DNA from: Octopus bimaculoides
Taxonomy: Eukaryota
Direction of reading: 5' to 3'
Assembly (NCBI RefSeq): GCF_001194135.2
Contig: NC_068987.1
Coordinates: 69,651,632-69,715,631 of the forward strand
DNA length: 64,000 bases
Shown one piece after another: positions 26,702 through 39,795 of the stretch (the stretch's first letter is position 1; each line of letters begins with the position of its first letter). The notes under the pieces were generated by a model. That model was not told the DNA's origin. It worked only from the letters and a program-made list of their open reading frames with translations, and made no database searches. The translations under genes and the position numbers were made by a program.

Positions 26702-28800
26702 ATTTTTGTAATGTGTGTTTGCTTTTTTTCTTTAAAAGTTAGAGTTGATTTACTAATTTAAACATGCTACCGAGTCAACTGAGCGGTGAGTGAAATAACC
26801 ACACAAATCGCCATCCTATACAGGATTGCATTAACAATCACCAGTATCAGCTTTAAAAATTGACTTATCTAAAGGAAACTTCTGTGCAATTTTTCGTACG
26901 TTACATCACATTGTTATACTGCTTTCATTTATCAGAGTGCAGACATGTCAGAATAATCTCCTGAAGGGCTTTGTCAATCAAATTCATCCAACTATTTCTA
27001 AGTCACTTACTTATTCTTCTAATCTCTCTTTTGCGAATCGCCAAATTATAGGAACGTAAATAAACTAACAGGGGTTTTCAAATTGTGAGTGATAAACGCA
27101 AAGACTTGCTTCATTATTATTCATTAATTTTAAGCTATTTGCTTAATGTGTGTCAATCACCTTTTTTATAGCATGTTTTTTTTTCAGGATTTCCAGTTTT
27201 ATTGATGAAAAATATAAAGCGTTTTGAACAAATAAAATTAATTTCTCTTTCTTGTTGTCTATTGCTTTCTTTATTTGTTTCTTTAAGAAACACATCGTTC
27301 CATGGGATGACATAAAAACGCACGAATATATAAATGCGCATATATTAAGGCAAAACTTATGTAAATCCACAAGATTATCAGAAACGCTCAGAATAGCATC
27401 AATCCACCATTTAATAACCGGTATTGCGTACCCCATTTCTATATATTGGAATTTGTTATTCTTAACCACAAGCATGTCATAAGTTGGATTGATCGCGCTA
27501 CACGCTGCTGCATTTGATTCTGTGAATCGAAGATGGAGTGAAGGATCATGTAATAATAATAATGTTATTTAATTCATGATTGTAAGCGTTAGATTATGTT
27601 AAAGAGAAATGGAAATTTAGTGTGAGGAACGTATAGATAAAAATGTGTTTTCAAAATTCTGCATACATATGAAAGAATGAATATGTGTGTGTGTGTGTGT
27701 GTAAAATTCTCCAAGGCAGTTCCCCAGCATGGTCGCAGTGTAATGACTAAAAATCTGAAGCAAAAGATCATATATATATTTATATATAATATATATATAT
27801 ATATANNNNNNNNNNNNNNNNNNNNNNNNNNNNNNNNNNNNNNNNNNNNNNNNNNNNNNNNNNNNNNNNNNNNNNNNNNNNNNNNNNNNNNNNNNNNNNN
27901 NNNNNNNNNNNNNNNNNNNNNNNNNTATATATGTTGTGTCAACGCCCCCAGGCGAAGGAGTAGGATTTCCCAAGACATATAAATAGAGGTAGTCTTTAAC
28001 CAATTGCAACCAAGGTGCGTTTGACCACACTGTACATAAAATCTCTTGTCCACATTGGCCTAGGTACATCCCTTATTTCATGTTGTGACTGTATCAATGT
28101 AGTTTAGCGGAATTCTTCTTGTGTTATGGTAACGAAGTCTTCAAAATATGATATAATATGCTAAGAGGTGAGTAAATTCTTATCTGCGTCGAGCAATAAG
28201 TGTATTAATTAGTGGAATGTGCCCATCCAGTTTATTACAAATGCATTTTCCTTTTCCTTTTTCTCTTATTCATTTCCTGTTGTGTATACGATTGAGCGCG
28301 CGTTTGAATGTGCATGTGTATCTAGTAGAAACCATTTTTCCTATCGATATATACCAGCTCTTATATTTTCAGTTTCGGAGAAATCTTAAATGATAAGAGC
28401 TTCAGTCCTTTGTGTAGGTCAATACCAGCCGAAGTAAAATAGTTGCGAACGAGAACAGTAATCACAGATCGCATCCGTTTTAACTGTGGTACTAAAGCAT
28501 TTATCATTGTGCCCTCTATAATGATAAGTATTTTATCTAATTTGACACTTTAGGAGTATCTCCCACTACATATGCATACATATGCACATACGTTTCTGAC
28601 TTTTTTAAAATGCGTGCGCGCGCATGTGAGTGTGTAGGTGCGTGTCTGTGTGTGCGTTTGTGTATGCATTTGTGTTTATATATGTATGCACACGGACACG
28701 CAAACATATTTACAGCCCCACCTCTGCGTATGTGCATACATACACTGTCTCACACACACACACAACACACAACACACAGAGTTATATATACATATACATA

Positions 28801-28947
<147 letters not shown>

Positions 28948-29653
28948 ACACACACACATATATAATTCATACCAACTTACCTACATAAGCACGAATCTCT
29001 AGATGTGCCTCAGCATCCATTTCGCCTCTTACCTCTCTCTTTTTTGATATGTGTACTTGTGTAAGTGCGTACAGGTATGGGGTACATATTAATGCACCCG
29101 ATACGCGGTGTTGGGAAATGCGCCTCTTTTATATTTCCATATTAAATCCTTACCTATTTTAAACAACATATAGCTAGATTGATTCGATTTTTACTCACAC
29201 ATGGACAAGGACAAACGCAAACATTCGCACACGCAGAAATACAGACATTTTCTTTTCTTTTTATATTCCTATTTTAATAAATACATTTCGAACTATATAC
29301 CTAAAAGCAATTTTTACTGAACTGATTGTTTTTCTTCTTCATAAGGTGTCTTCGCATCATTCCATTTCAACTACTTCGTTCCCTGCTGAGACAATCCCAT
29401 TTGAAACTTCCTATTGTCCACTCTACGTCTGTAAAACCTCCTTCATCGAACCTTATTACATTGCCTCCCGATCAGTTTACCACGCATAGAAGCCAATATG
29501 TCGACACGCACTAACTTGTAATCACATAAATATACACATAAAAGCACTGAGCACCACGTAGCCATATATATCACTTCTCACCGTCTGTATCTCTCTCTAC
29601 CTCTTTCTCTCCTTCTTTCTTTCTTTCTCTCATTCTTTCTCTCTTTGTCTGTC

Positions 29654-29684
<31 letters not shown>

Positions 29685-29707
29685 GTCTGTCTCTCTGTCT
29701 CTCTGTC

Positions 29708-29740
<33 letters not shown>

Positions 29741-29748
<8 letters not shown>

Positions 29749-29848
29749 ATTTCTAGGTCTGTTTTGCGTTCTCTTTCTCTCTCTATTTCTAGGTCTGTTT
29801 TGCGTTCTCTTTCTCTCTCTATTTCTTACTCTGTTTTGCGCTCGCTAT
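29741..29848. repeat. Minisatellite, 3 x 36 bp (ctctctctatttctaggtctgttttgcgttctcttt)
   Basis: Copies start at 29741, 29777 and 29813; the third is diverged. Confidence 0.9.
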
Positions 29849-32379
29849 CTTACTCTTCACTCTCCGCTCTTCACTCACTCTTTTTCTGTGTTTCTCATCA
29901 GACCAGGTCAGCCCACTATTGCGACTTGGAGAAGATCGATAATCTTTCTATAGTAGCTCTTACAATTCATTACATGACCAAAACCACCAATATTCACATC
30001 AACACTCTTACCACCGTCACCATCAATGCAGACATCAGTACTAACTCCAATACGTGTGCTAACAACCCGAACAGCATTACCTACAAAACATAGGTTCAAA
30101 ATCCAAACTACAATAACAAAATTACGAATCCTGTCATCCGATTCATCAACAGCATCATTTTTGTAACAGTAAAATCGCTGTAGAATCATCAATAAAAAGA
30201 CATTAACACCAATTTCAAAAATGTAAAAACATTCATAGTGACTACAAATGTAATTCTGAAAGCGAGTAACAAAACTAATAACTTCAGTGTAATCATCTCC
30301 ATCGCCTCCACCATAATCATCACCATCGCCACAACCACCATCACCACCACGACCAAGTCGATCTATAATTTGCTCACTATCACTATCACTACTACAACCA
30401 TCAGCGCAACCACTACTATTGCCACCACTAGAGAATGTTTGCTTTCGAAATAAGAATGACTGTTAGACTGTTTCAGAAGCTATTTCACTAACAATAACAC
30501 AGTCATATCAGTAATGTACAACAGCTAATAGCAAAGTAACAACAGTAATAAGCAGGAGTAATGACAAGAAAATGAAGAACAGCAGCTAAGGAGCAACCAG
30601 CATAGTTGGTAGAAATTCAGCTTTCAAGTAGAAGTGCAGTATTTCATATCCCGTCACGGTGGATGAAGTATACAAATAGTGGAAAATACTACTCGGAAAT
30701 GTTTCGTTCACACTCAGTTCCCTGGTAACCTGTGTTGACAGAACTTTCAATAAGCATTACGCTCGGTTATTTCTCTTGTATTGTACTTCGACAAGACACA
30801 AACGCGCGTACATATACACACAAACTCGCACACAGAGACAAACACACTCCAATACATTCACGTATACACACATGCCATCCTGGGCTCCTCATTCATCTCC
30901 GTGTACAGGCAAGCGTCAGCATCTCCAAACAGGTCTGAATAACTTTCAGAAGCAGCGACCGCGAAAAATATCCCACAATAGATACTCGACAAACTTGTAT
31001 CCTTCTACAACACCGAAATACAGACATTAAAATTCTCATGAAACGTACACAAATCATTGTATTATCATTATTCATGAAGATTACAGAAGCCAGCACACTC
31101 CCAATAAATGCTAGGCGTTACAATAATCAATAACCTTTCACACTAGCACATTCTTAACATATCTAAGTCTGCTTCACAAAGAAGAGTTTTCTTCCGAAAA
31201 TATTTCAACAAAAATACCTGCCAGCCCCATTCGAAGCAAAGCAATTTCCTCAACTAGAATATTTTTTTAAAATATATTTATACAATGAAGCACACATATG
31301 AACATAAATTGTATATAGCATCTAAGAAAGTCTTTAGTAACAATTATTCCCCATCATTAGGCCACCTTTTGACTATTCTCGCAGACTTCAGTTATTAAGA
31401 CGATTTCTGATTTCTTAACTAGCGCTAAGCACGATAAACGAACCTGATACTAAAAACTAGTTTCATTTTGGCATTCGTTGACTCATTACTTTCATGATAA
31501 CTTATTCGATAACTTATGTCCAAAAGGTTTTCTGGAAAATTCCAAATTCATATATATATGCTTGCTAGCTCATGCACTAACTACAATATACAAATATAAT
31601 AATTAACATATTGTATAAAGGATATAATTAACATATATATATATCTTACATATAACACCGCTAATTTACTGAGTGGAAAAAGCTAATATGTGTGTGAGTA
31701 TGTATCAGTGTGTTTGCATGTGTGTGTCTGGGGGGGGGGNNNNNNNNNNGAAAGACTCGTGTATATGTGTATATTTGTGTGTGTGTGTGCATATGAGTGT
31801 GTGTCGGTGCTCGCTCGTGTGTGTGTTTGTTTATGAGTCTTTGCACGTTAAGGTGTATATGTCAGAAATAATTATGAAATATATCTGGAAAAGAAATGCA
31901 TTACTTGACTTAATTTAATTGGAACAATCAATAGACGTTACCAGCCTATCGACATATTATTGGGAGAGAAAGCAGTTTCTGGTGTGTTTGTGATGGACAG
32001 GTGTAAGACATTTTATATCATGCGGAAATGTAGAGTTTAATTTTCAGAAGGACAGTTTGACATGAAGTTCTTGATAAGGCATGTGTAAGCTTGTATGACT
32101 GCATACCACCTAAGGGCCGGCTACATAAATCTAATACACTTGGGAATTAACCAGGCGAAGGGAATTCGATTTCAACCATGGTTTCGTTTATTTTCTTTCT
32201 ATATTTGTACGTGTGAGTTTCGTTCACTGAATCTTTAGTTATGGACTATTTCGCATTTCATAGAAATAGCGTTGTGTCTTTAAAATATATTTTCTATTCT
32301 TGCCGACTCAAAACAGACAAAACATATCAAATACTACACTTTGAAATACTTTTCCTTATAATACTTTCTGACGTAAGTA

Positions 32380-32560
32380 AACGACCCACCTGTTTGGAAG
32401 GGAGTGTAACTCAATCAAACAGTCTTCGATTCTTCACTGGTACCTTATTCAATGTTGGAAGGATGAAAACCGAAGTTCACTTCAGCGGAATTTGAATACA
32501 AAATGTAAAAAACAGAAGCAATAACAGCAGGCTACTTTGTCCGACCTGCTAAAGATTCTT
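32380..32560 (-). mobile_element. Highly decayed SINE (family A)
   Basis: ctggtaccttattc..ggatgaaaaccgaagttcacttcagcggaatttgaatacaaaatgt aligns by eye to the copies at 46171 and 51395. Confidence 0.55.
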
Positions 32561-32879
32561 CAAATTCACTGCGATTGTGAGTGAAACGGGCTTACATACA
32601 GTTATGTACATACCAGTATTTACATAGCAATAAGTACACACAAACATACATATGCGTGCATATGCATACACATGTGTGTATGCATATATATTACGTTTCT
32701 ATACAGCTGCATTTCACATGAGATATATAAAAAGTACATAACTGAAATTTGTATAAGTATTATATCACTTTCTTATATATATATATATATATATGTATGT
32801 ATGCAACATAAACACAAATAGACAAGTGTTTATAATAACAAGCACATACACACGCACACACACACACACATACACACAC

Positions 32880-32912
<33 letters not shown>

Positions 32913-33468
32913 CANNNNNNNNNNNNNNNNNNNNNNNNNNNNNNNNNNNNNNNNNNNNNNNNNNNNNNNNNNNNNNNNNNNNNNNNNNNNNNNNNNNNNN
33001 NNNNNNNNNNNNNNNNNNNNNNNNNNNNNNNNNNNNNNNNNNNNNNNNNNNNNNNNNNNNNNNNNNNNNNNNNNNNNNNNNNNNNNNNNNNNNNNNNNNN
33101 NNNNNNNATATATATATATATATATATATATAAGCACAGATAAAGATACAATCTCATACACCAAAACCTGTAGGAAGATATTAAGAGCATGACGATGATA
33201 GATACCGAAAAACACAAAAATTAAGGACCTGTCAACTACAGCAATTCGAATCTTAGCAGAAGTGATATAAGCAATATGTAAGTACACAAACATCACACAG
33301 CGACACACATTCATGCCCCTCCGCACTTGGATATACATAGATAAACCCGCACACTTGAAAATACGCTTACGTAGATATATAGTTTTAAATATATGTATGC
33401 ATGTACGGATATGTATGAATGTATGCATGTGTGTGTATGTATATGCATATTTATATTTACATATATTT

Positions 33469-33500
<32 letters not shown>

Positions 33501-34894
33501 TCACAGCTATATTCACGTATATGTATATAATCACCTCACCTACGCAACGCGCATGTATGTGCGCTCGTACATAGACACACATACATTTATATATAGCTAT
33601 ATAGACACATTTTTAGACAGATAGATTGATAGATAAACACACAAAGAAAGAGAGACATGCGCTGACACATATATATATATATATATATAAATATATACTC
33701 ATATATTGATACAATATTTTCATAGACTCATGCACACATTAGTACATATCAAAAACATACATGTATGCACACATGTATAACACACATTCATACGCACATA
33801 CATGTACACTTAGTGTATTCTGCTATTTTCTGCAACTTTCCTTGACAATATTCCCAAAAGCATATTGAATGAGAAGAGACAGGGAGAAAGAGGGAGCGAG
33901 AGAGAGAGAGAGAGAGTGTGTGAGAAATGAGAGAGAGAGAAAGAGAGAGAGAGAGAGAAAGACTGAGACAGATGGAAGTTAAAAAAAAGTGAGTAGAAGA
34001 AATATGGGTAAGACTGTGGAATGGAAGGAAACATTAATCCCTGAACCAATATTTATTTATATATTTTATATAGGCATTTCTTAGTGAGTATACTTTGCTT
34101 GACATACATACATTCACACACACACACATACACACACACACACACACACATATATATCTATATATGTATATATATATATATATGAGGCATATGTGTCGAC
34201 GTGAACATCATTCATACGCATGTGTGTGTATATTTATGCGCGTGTGTATACACAGGAGTTGAGTCTGTTTGTATATATATATATATATATATATAAACGA
34301 TATATGTATATAGGTAAATAATAAAATAATATGTAAACAAAATGGAATGCAATAAAAACAAGTATGATCTTGCCCGTAGGAGAGTTGGCAACTACAAGGG
34401 TTTTCGACATGACATTTGCATATGGATACAAATAGCTACGCAAACATAAGCACACATTCATGCATGTGTGTGGGGGACTGTGTGTGTGTGTGTATACTTG
34501 TGTGAGCATGCTTGTGTGAGTGCGTGTGTGCGCTTCATTGCTTGTTATTTTGTTTCTTTTACTTCACTAAAAGATTCATGAAAGGGTTTGATATTTGCAA
34601 AATATAAATGCATTTTATATATATGAATATCGTCAGCTATGCGCGACGAGAAGTTTGGATGATATGCACATGTACTCGTATAATTATGTGTATTACAATA
34701 CAATTGCTAATACTTCGGTTGTGTATTTGAGCACTGACAGACATGCTGAAAGTATTGCTTACATACACAGACATATAAACCCACAAGCCAACACATACAT
34801 ACACACATATAAATCACAAACAATACCTCACACAGTCCTAGAATCAGACGCAGATTGCACAGTAGCCCTTAAGCTTTATATAGTATTATAAAAT

Positions 34895-35070
34895 TCTTTG
34901 TGATTGGAATACACTGGAGCTAGCTACTTCTGTATGGTCTAGCCTAATTTGTACGTACCGATAAAGCATCATCGCATCCATTTCCCTTAATAAATTAGCA
35001 GCATGCAACTAAAGCTCCCACCATCATAACGGATGCTAAGCTTAACTATCGTTCAAACAGTGTCCTTTTC
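34895..35070 (+). mobile_element. Possible decayed CR1-like LINE RT C-terminal fragment
   Basis: TLELATSVWS and QHATKAPT loosely resemble the CR1 motifs HLE.A..VW.P and QRRATK; many stops. Confidence 0.3.
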
Positions 35071-36084
35071 TAGTGAGAACCAATACATATTTCAGCATCC
35101 AACTTCTATTAACCTTTTAATTAAATGATATAAGGCCCAACAATGGCGTAATGTTCCAAACTTGAATAGCGCTGCTGCTACGCACGTAGACATCCTTGAT
35201 CACAATCTGAGAAAACCACTCACATGATAGGTATAACGTAATTCACAGAGACACACATGTGCGAAATGATAACTAATACTAATTTTTTCATGAGAAAATT
35301 TGATTTTAAGGACTTCAAGTGAGCAAAACAGTTGTGTACGTGTCCGGAAATTACATGCATGGTGCCTGATCCCGATACATCTATGCAACTAGCTGGTCTA
35401 AGTTATTGATAGTGCCGTAAATGATATGAGTTCCTAGCGGCAATAGCATGCACAATTCTGAACTTAAACAGCACTGGTTTGATGTTACACATTCGAGTCA
35501 CTGAGATTTTCTCTTAGAGCTATTCATCTTCGTAAAATATACCCAAGTAGTGTTGTTCGTGGCGATGAATCTTCTTAAAATATTGCACGTAGTTGTTACC
35601 ATACAAACGTTAGAGACATTTTTTGCAGTTAAGCACATGCACTTGCAAAACATAATAATATTCTTTCTGAATGCAGTTCCTAACATGGGTTTTAATGTTA
35701 TAAATTTTTTCTCATTCTTTTTTATTTCATTCCAGAATCCCCGATATTACTGGCACCGAATTCCTATTATTGCCACGCCAAACGAGACTGGAATCTGACC
35801 TATACTCCCTCACCTATTCATAACTGATGGACTGAGAAACATCTATGTCAAGAAAGTTTATCTATGTTATTTTCATGTGCTCTTTGCACAGCATGAATAT
35901 TCTATCTACACGTGTTATTAGGTGAACTAGGAAACAGGAGGGAGCGTCTAGAAATGCTACTTAAAGTAGCTTGTAAGAGCATGTATGTATATACTTCAGG
36001 TTGTTTGCATGAATGTGCATGCGTGTTTATTTATGTATTTACATGTATGTTTTGTGCATGGTTGTGTGAGTGCCCCGAGATGTG

Positions 36085-36138
<54 letters not shown>

Positions 36139-37180
36139 AGCGACATAAGTGTCTAAGTCTTATTGTATGCGAATGAAAGTTAATATCAGTATGTAGAAAT
36201 TGCGGGGAATACTATACTAATGTGTATTCCCAGTTGCACTCAAGGGGATTACGTGAACTTAATCTACTTAGAATAGCTTCTCTTACGTGAATATATTTCG
36301 TCGATGCTCTTACTCATGACGTTGACAAGATTAGTTTCACCAACAGGTAGAGACTGCAGCCAACTCCATCACACCCATCGTCATAGCTACTACCACCAGT
36401 ATCATAAATATACCATCACTTTAACCACCACCACCACCATCAATATTACACTGTAACCCATCACTACAATGCTTTTCTTTCTACCCATTATAATTTCTTA
36501 CTGCGCTGCCCTTACCGCCAATGTACTCATATATTTCTCTGCAAAAGAGGTCAGTTGTTTTAATGGTAGAAATTTAGTCCATTGACTCATTTCACAGTAT
36601 ATTACTGATACATAATTCGTTTAGCTAAAATAGATAAAAGACGATGTCTTTCCACTGCAGTATTTGGTCTTAGACATGTACAGTACCAAACTAGATTACA
36701 ATAAATCTTTCAGTTTCTCGAAGATATACTTTAGACAGTACGGTTTCTTACATTGCTTATATTCTTACAAGAGCTAATATGAGATCAAGGCATCTGCGTG
36801 CCTGTGTCAAGAGCATTAATAACGTCAGACAGAATTGCTACAGACTAACGTATGTACATACACTGTACATTACATGCACATTAGTTTTGCAGACACGTGA
36901 ATGACGAGACTTTATTCAGGTGACTAATTGTGACCAAGAGATGTTCGGATATTTCACTTCGTCTGCCACAGGAGAGGCTACACTTCTTCTCAATCTATTC
37001 CTTTAGTCAACTGGGAGCGTCGAACAAAATGAAATATTTGTGATGCCATGCATGACTTTGTTTGATTGTTTAAATATAGTTTAATGTTTACCTCTCTTGA
37101 AAACGGTCATGGCGTCGAGTGATAAATTAGGGATGTTATATAATTTATATTTATTGTCTTTCGTACAGATTATATACCAA

Positions 37181-37720
37181 TGTGTGGAAAGAAATTCGCT
37201 TCCTATCCACATGATTCCGGGGTTCATTCAAACAGCGTGACACCTTGGGCAAGCTTTTTTAGGAGGTGGGGTCGGTGAGTTGGGCCAACCAATGCGTTTT
37301 CGGTCGACCAATTCAGTAGACTGAAACAGAAAGAGGCCCGTCGTACATATATAGATATATAAATATATGTGGCATGTGTGCGTCTGTGTGTGTGTATTTG
37401 TGTGAGTGTGTGTGTCTGTGTTTGTTTGTGTTTGTGTGCACGAGCGTGTATATATAAATGTATATATATATATATATATATATATGCCTCTGTGTGTGTG
37501 TGTGTGTGTGTGTGTGTATAATTATATATATGCATGTATGGTAACAACTACGTACAATATATGTATGAATTGTGTGTTTTGTGTGTATCTTCCCGCCACC
37601 CAATCATCGCTTGACTACCCGTGCTGGTTTGTGTACACCCCGTAATTTAGCTTTTCGAGTAAAGAGTTTGGTCGATTTGTTCGGCTAAACCTTTCAATAT
37701 GGTGTCAGAGCATGACCACA
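37181..37720 (+). mobile_element. tRNA-derived SINE with an internal microsatellite (family B)
   Basis: Head (ttcctatccacatgattccggggttc..gtgacaccttgggcaag), internal (TG)n/(TA)n, tail (catcgcttgac..ccccgtaatttagc). Homologous to 11103-12400. Confidence 0.7.
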
Positions 37721-38921
37721 TTCCAACGAAAGAAACATTTTTGGTATGGAAGTATCTTCTTTTGAGCATCTCAAAAATGGCATCACAATAAATATCAGCC
37801 TTAATAATCTATGAAGTTCTGTACATGTACACCCATCTGCCGTGTAGTTTCGAGAATACATGTAGGAGTGTTCATACTTTATAGCGGTCAGTTTATTTAC
37901 CAGTTATATTAACAGAATACGACAACTGATGAGAAGCAAACTGTATAAGAACTTCCAAGTGGTTATCAACAATATATTTATACATACACAAATATTTATA
38001 GATACACATTCTTCAAGGCGGTCTTCCAGCATGAACGCAGTCTTATGACTGAAACAATAAAACGGTTAAAAATATATATGTGTGTGTTTATGTATCACTT
38101 GTATGATACATGTATCTATAATCTTATTTTCATATGTGCTTGTATATATCTTTGATAGTTTTGGACATACACACGTAATGTATTTAGAGAATTCATTGTC
38201 TTTTGGTCGACGCAGTGCTACATTTGAACAATCGATTCGGCCTGATGTATTGTCGTGTAAGACATGTGAGTAGAACGTAAAGCGATAAAAGACAAGTTGG
38301 GAGTGTCACGATATTCTGAAAATTTTTAGTCACCACAAATCTGGACTTGAAACATCCATTTTAAGTTTTTGTATCATCACCATCACCACCAGGGCCATCT
38401 GGTACTTATTTTGATATGGTGGCACGCATTTCATGCAGATCAATAATCTAACGTCACTGCTCCAGCAAGATGCCGACTGTTTTCCCTGATTATAAATTGA
38501 CAGTGATCGAAGTTAGGTGGAGTTCTCGCCCATATTTTTATTCCATCTATTTACTCTCACTATCTACATCCATCCGAGTAATGTGGTGTTTGTTTTATTT
38601 ACAGTCTGTCACTCTTGATGGGGCTTCCAATCAATGTAAGCAATAATTGCAAAGCCACGCTTTCGTGCGTCTTAGAGATGCATAAGTCTCGCGTAAAAAC
38701 AGCAATATTCATTAAACTTACACCAATTTGACATGCACATTCTCTCTACACAACATGTGATTTTCTTTCATTAAATTGATCATTTCATGCCTTAACAGCA
38801 TACAAACACAGACACACACGCACACACACACACACACGCACACACACACACATATACACATACAGAAACACACCAATTTACATATATGTATACACACACA
38901 TATATATACATACATAAATGC

Positions 38922-38973
<52 letters not shown>

Positions 38974-39579
38974 TATTCATACATATATATATATACATGC
39001 GTATATATATGTGTGTGAGCGCGTGTGTGTGTCTTTGTGAGTGTGTTTGACTACATAAAGGCATCTATGTATATAGAGAAAGAGAGAGAGAGAGAGAAAG
39101 AGACTGATAGATAGACAAATATATACTTTAAAAAATTACGAGGAATATATCTATGCGTGCGTGCGTGCGTGCGCGTGCGCACTTGTGCATTATAAAACCG
39201 CTTCCTTTATTTCACTTATTTTTTCCTCTATACGTATCAACTTCTATTCCATTTTCGAAGAATTTTCGCAAAAATATCTTCTTGATTTATTTAAATTACA
39301 TCTGTCGTTATACAGCTGCAATAGTTTGACTTTGATTTCCACATTTTACCTCGAAATTTGCAGAGTATTTGGAAGTAAAGAATTCATTTCTAGAGATATT
39401 GTGCTCAAAATACACTATTTTGTCGCTCTAAATGTCCGTTTCATTTTATATTATCGTTTATTTCTAAAAAATAAGTTTGTGCTAATGAAGGGAATATCTT
39501 TACTTGCATTTTTCTCCCAAACGCATAATTATATGTTGGGTAAATAATATATCTATTTTATTTTAATATACATTCCTGA

Positions 39580-39795
39580 TAAGGCGGTAATCGGCTAGAA
39601 TCGTTAGCACCCCGGGCAAAATATGTAGTAGTACTGTGTCCGTCTTTACGTTCTGAGTTAAAATTCCGTCGAGGTCGACTTTGCCTTTCCTCATCTAGGG
39701 ATCCATATAAGTACTAGTTAAACATTGATTGCCGATGTAATCGACTCATCTTCTACTCCGAAACTGCTGGCCTTGTACCAAAATTTCAAATCAAT
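39580..39795 (+). mobile_element. tRNA-derived SINE (family A)
   Basis: aaggcgg..agaatcgttagcac..gttctgagttaaaattccgtcgaggtcgactttgcctttc..ggccttgtaccaaaatttcaaa; reverse complement of the 51395 copy. Confidence 0.8.

Noticed and set aside
29741-29848. Regularly spaced repeats considered as a CRISPR-like array
   Set aside because: They are head-to-tail with no unique spacers, in a eukaryotic context, so this is a minisatellite.
35736-35798. NPRYYWHRIPIIAT after a strong acceptor (resembles the receptor W.+P++ motif)
   Set aside because: A stop codon comes before any donor, and the similarity is too short.
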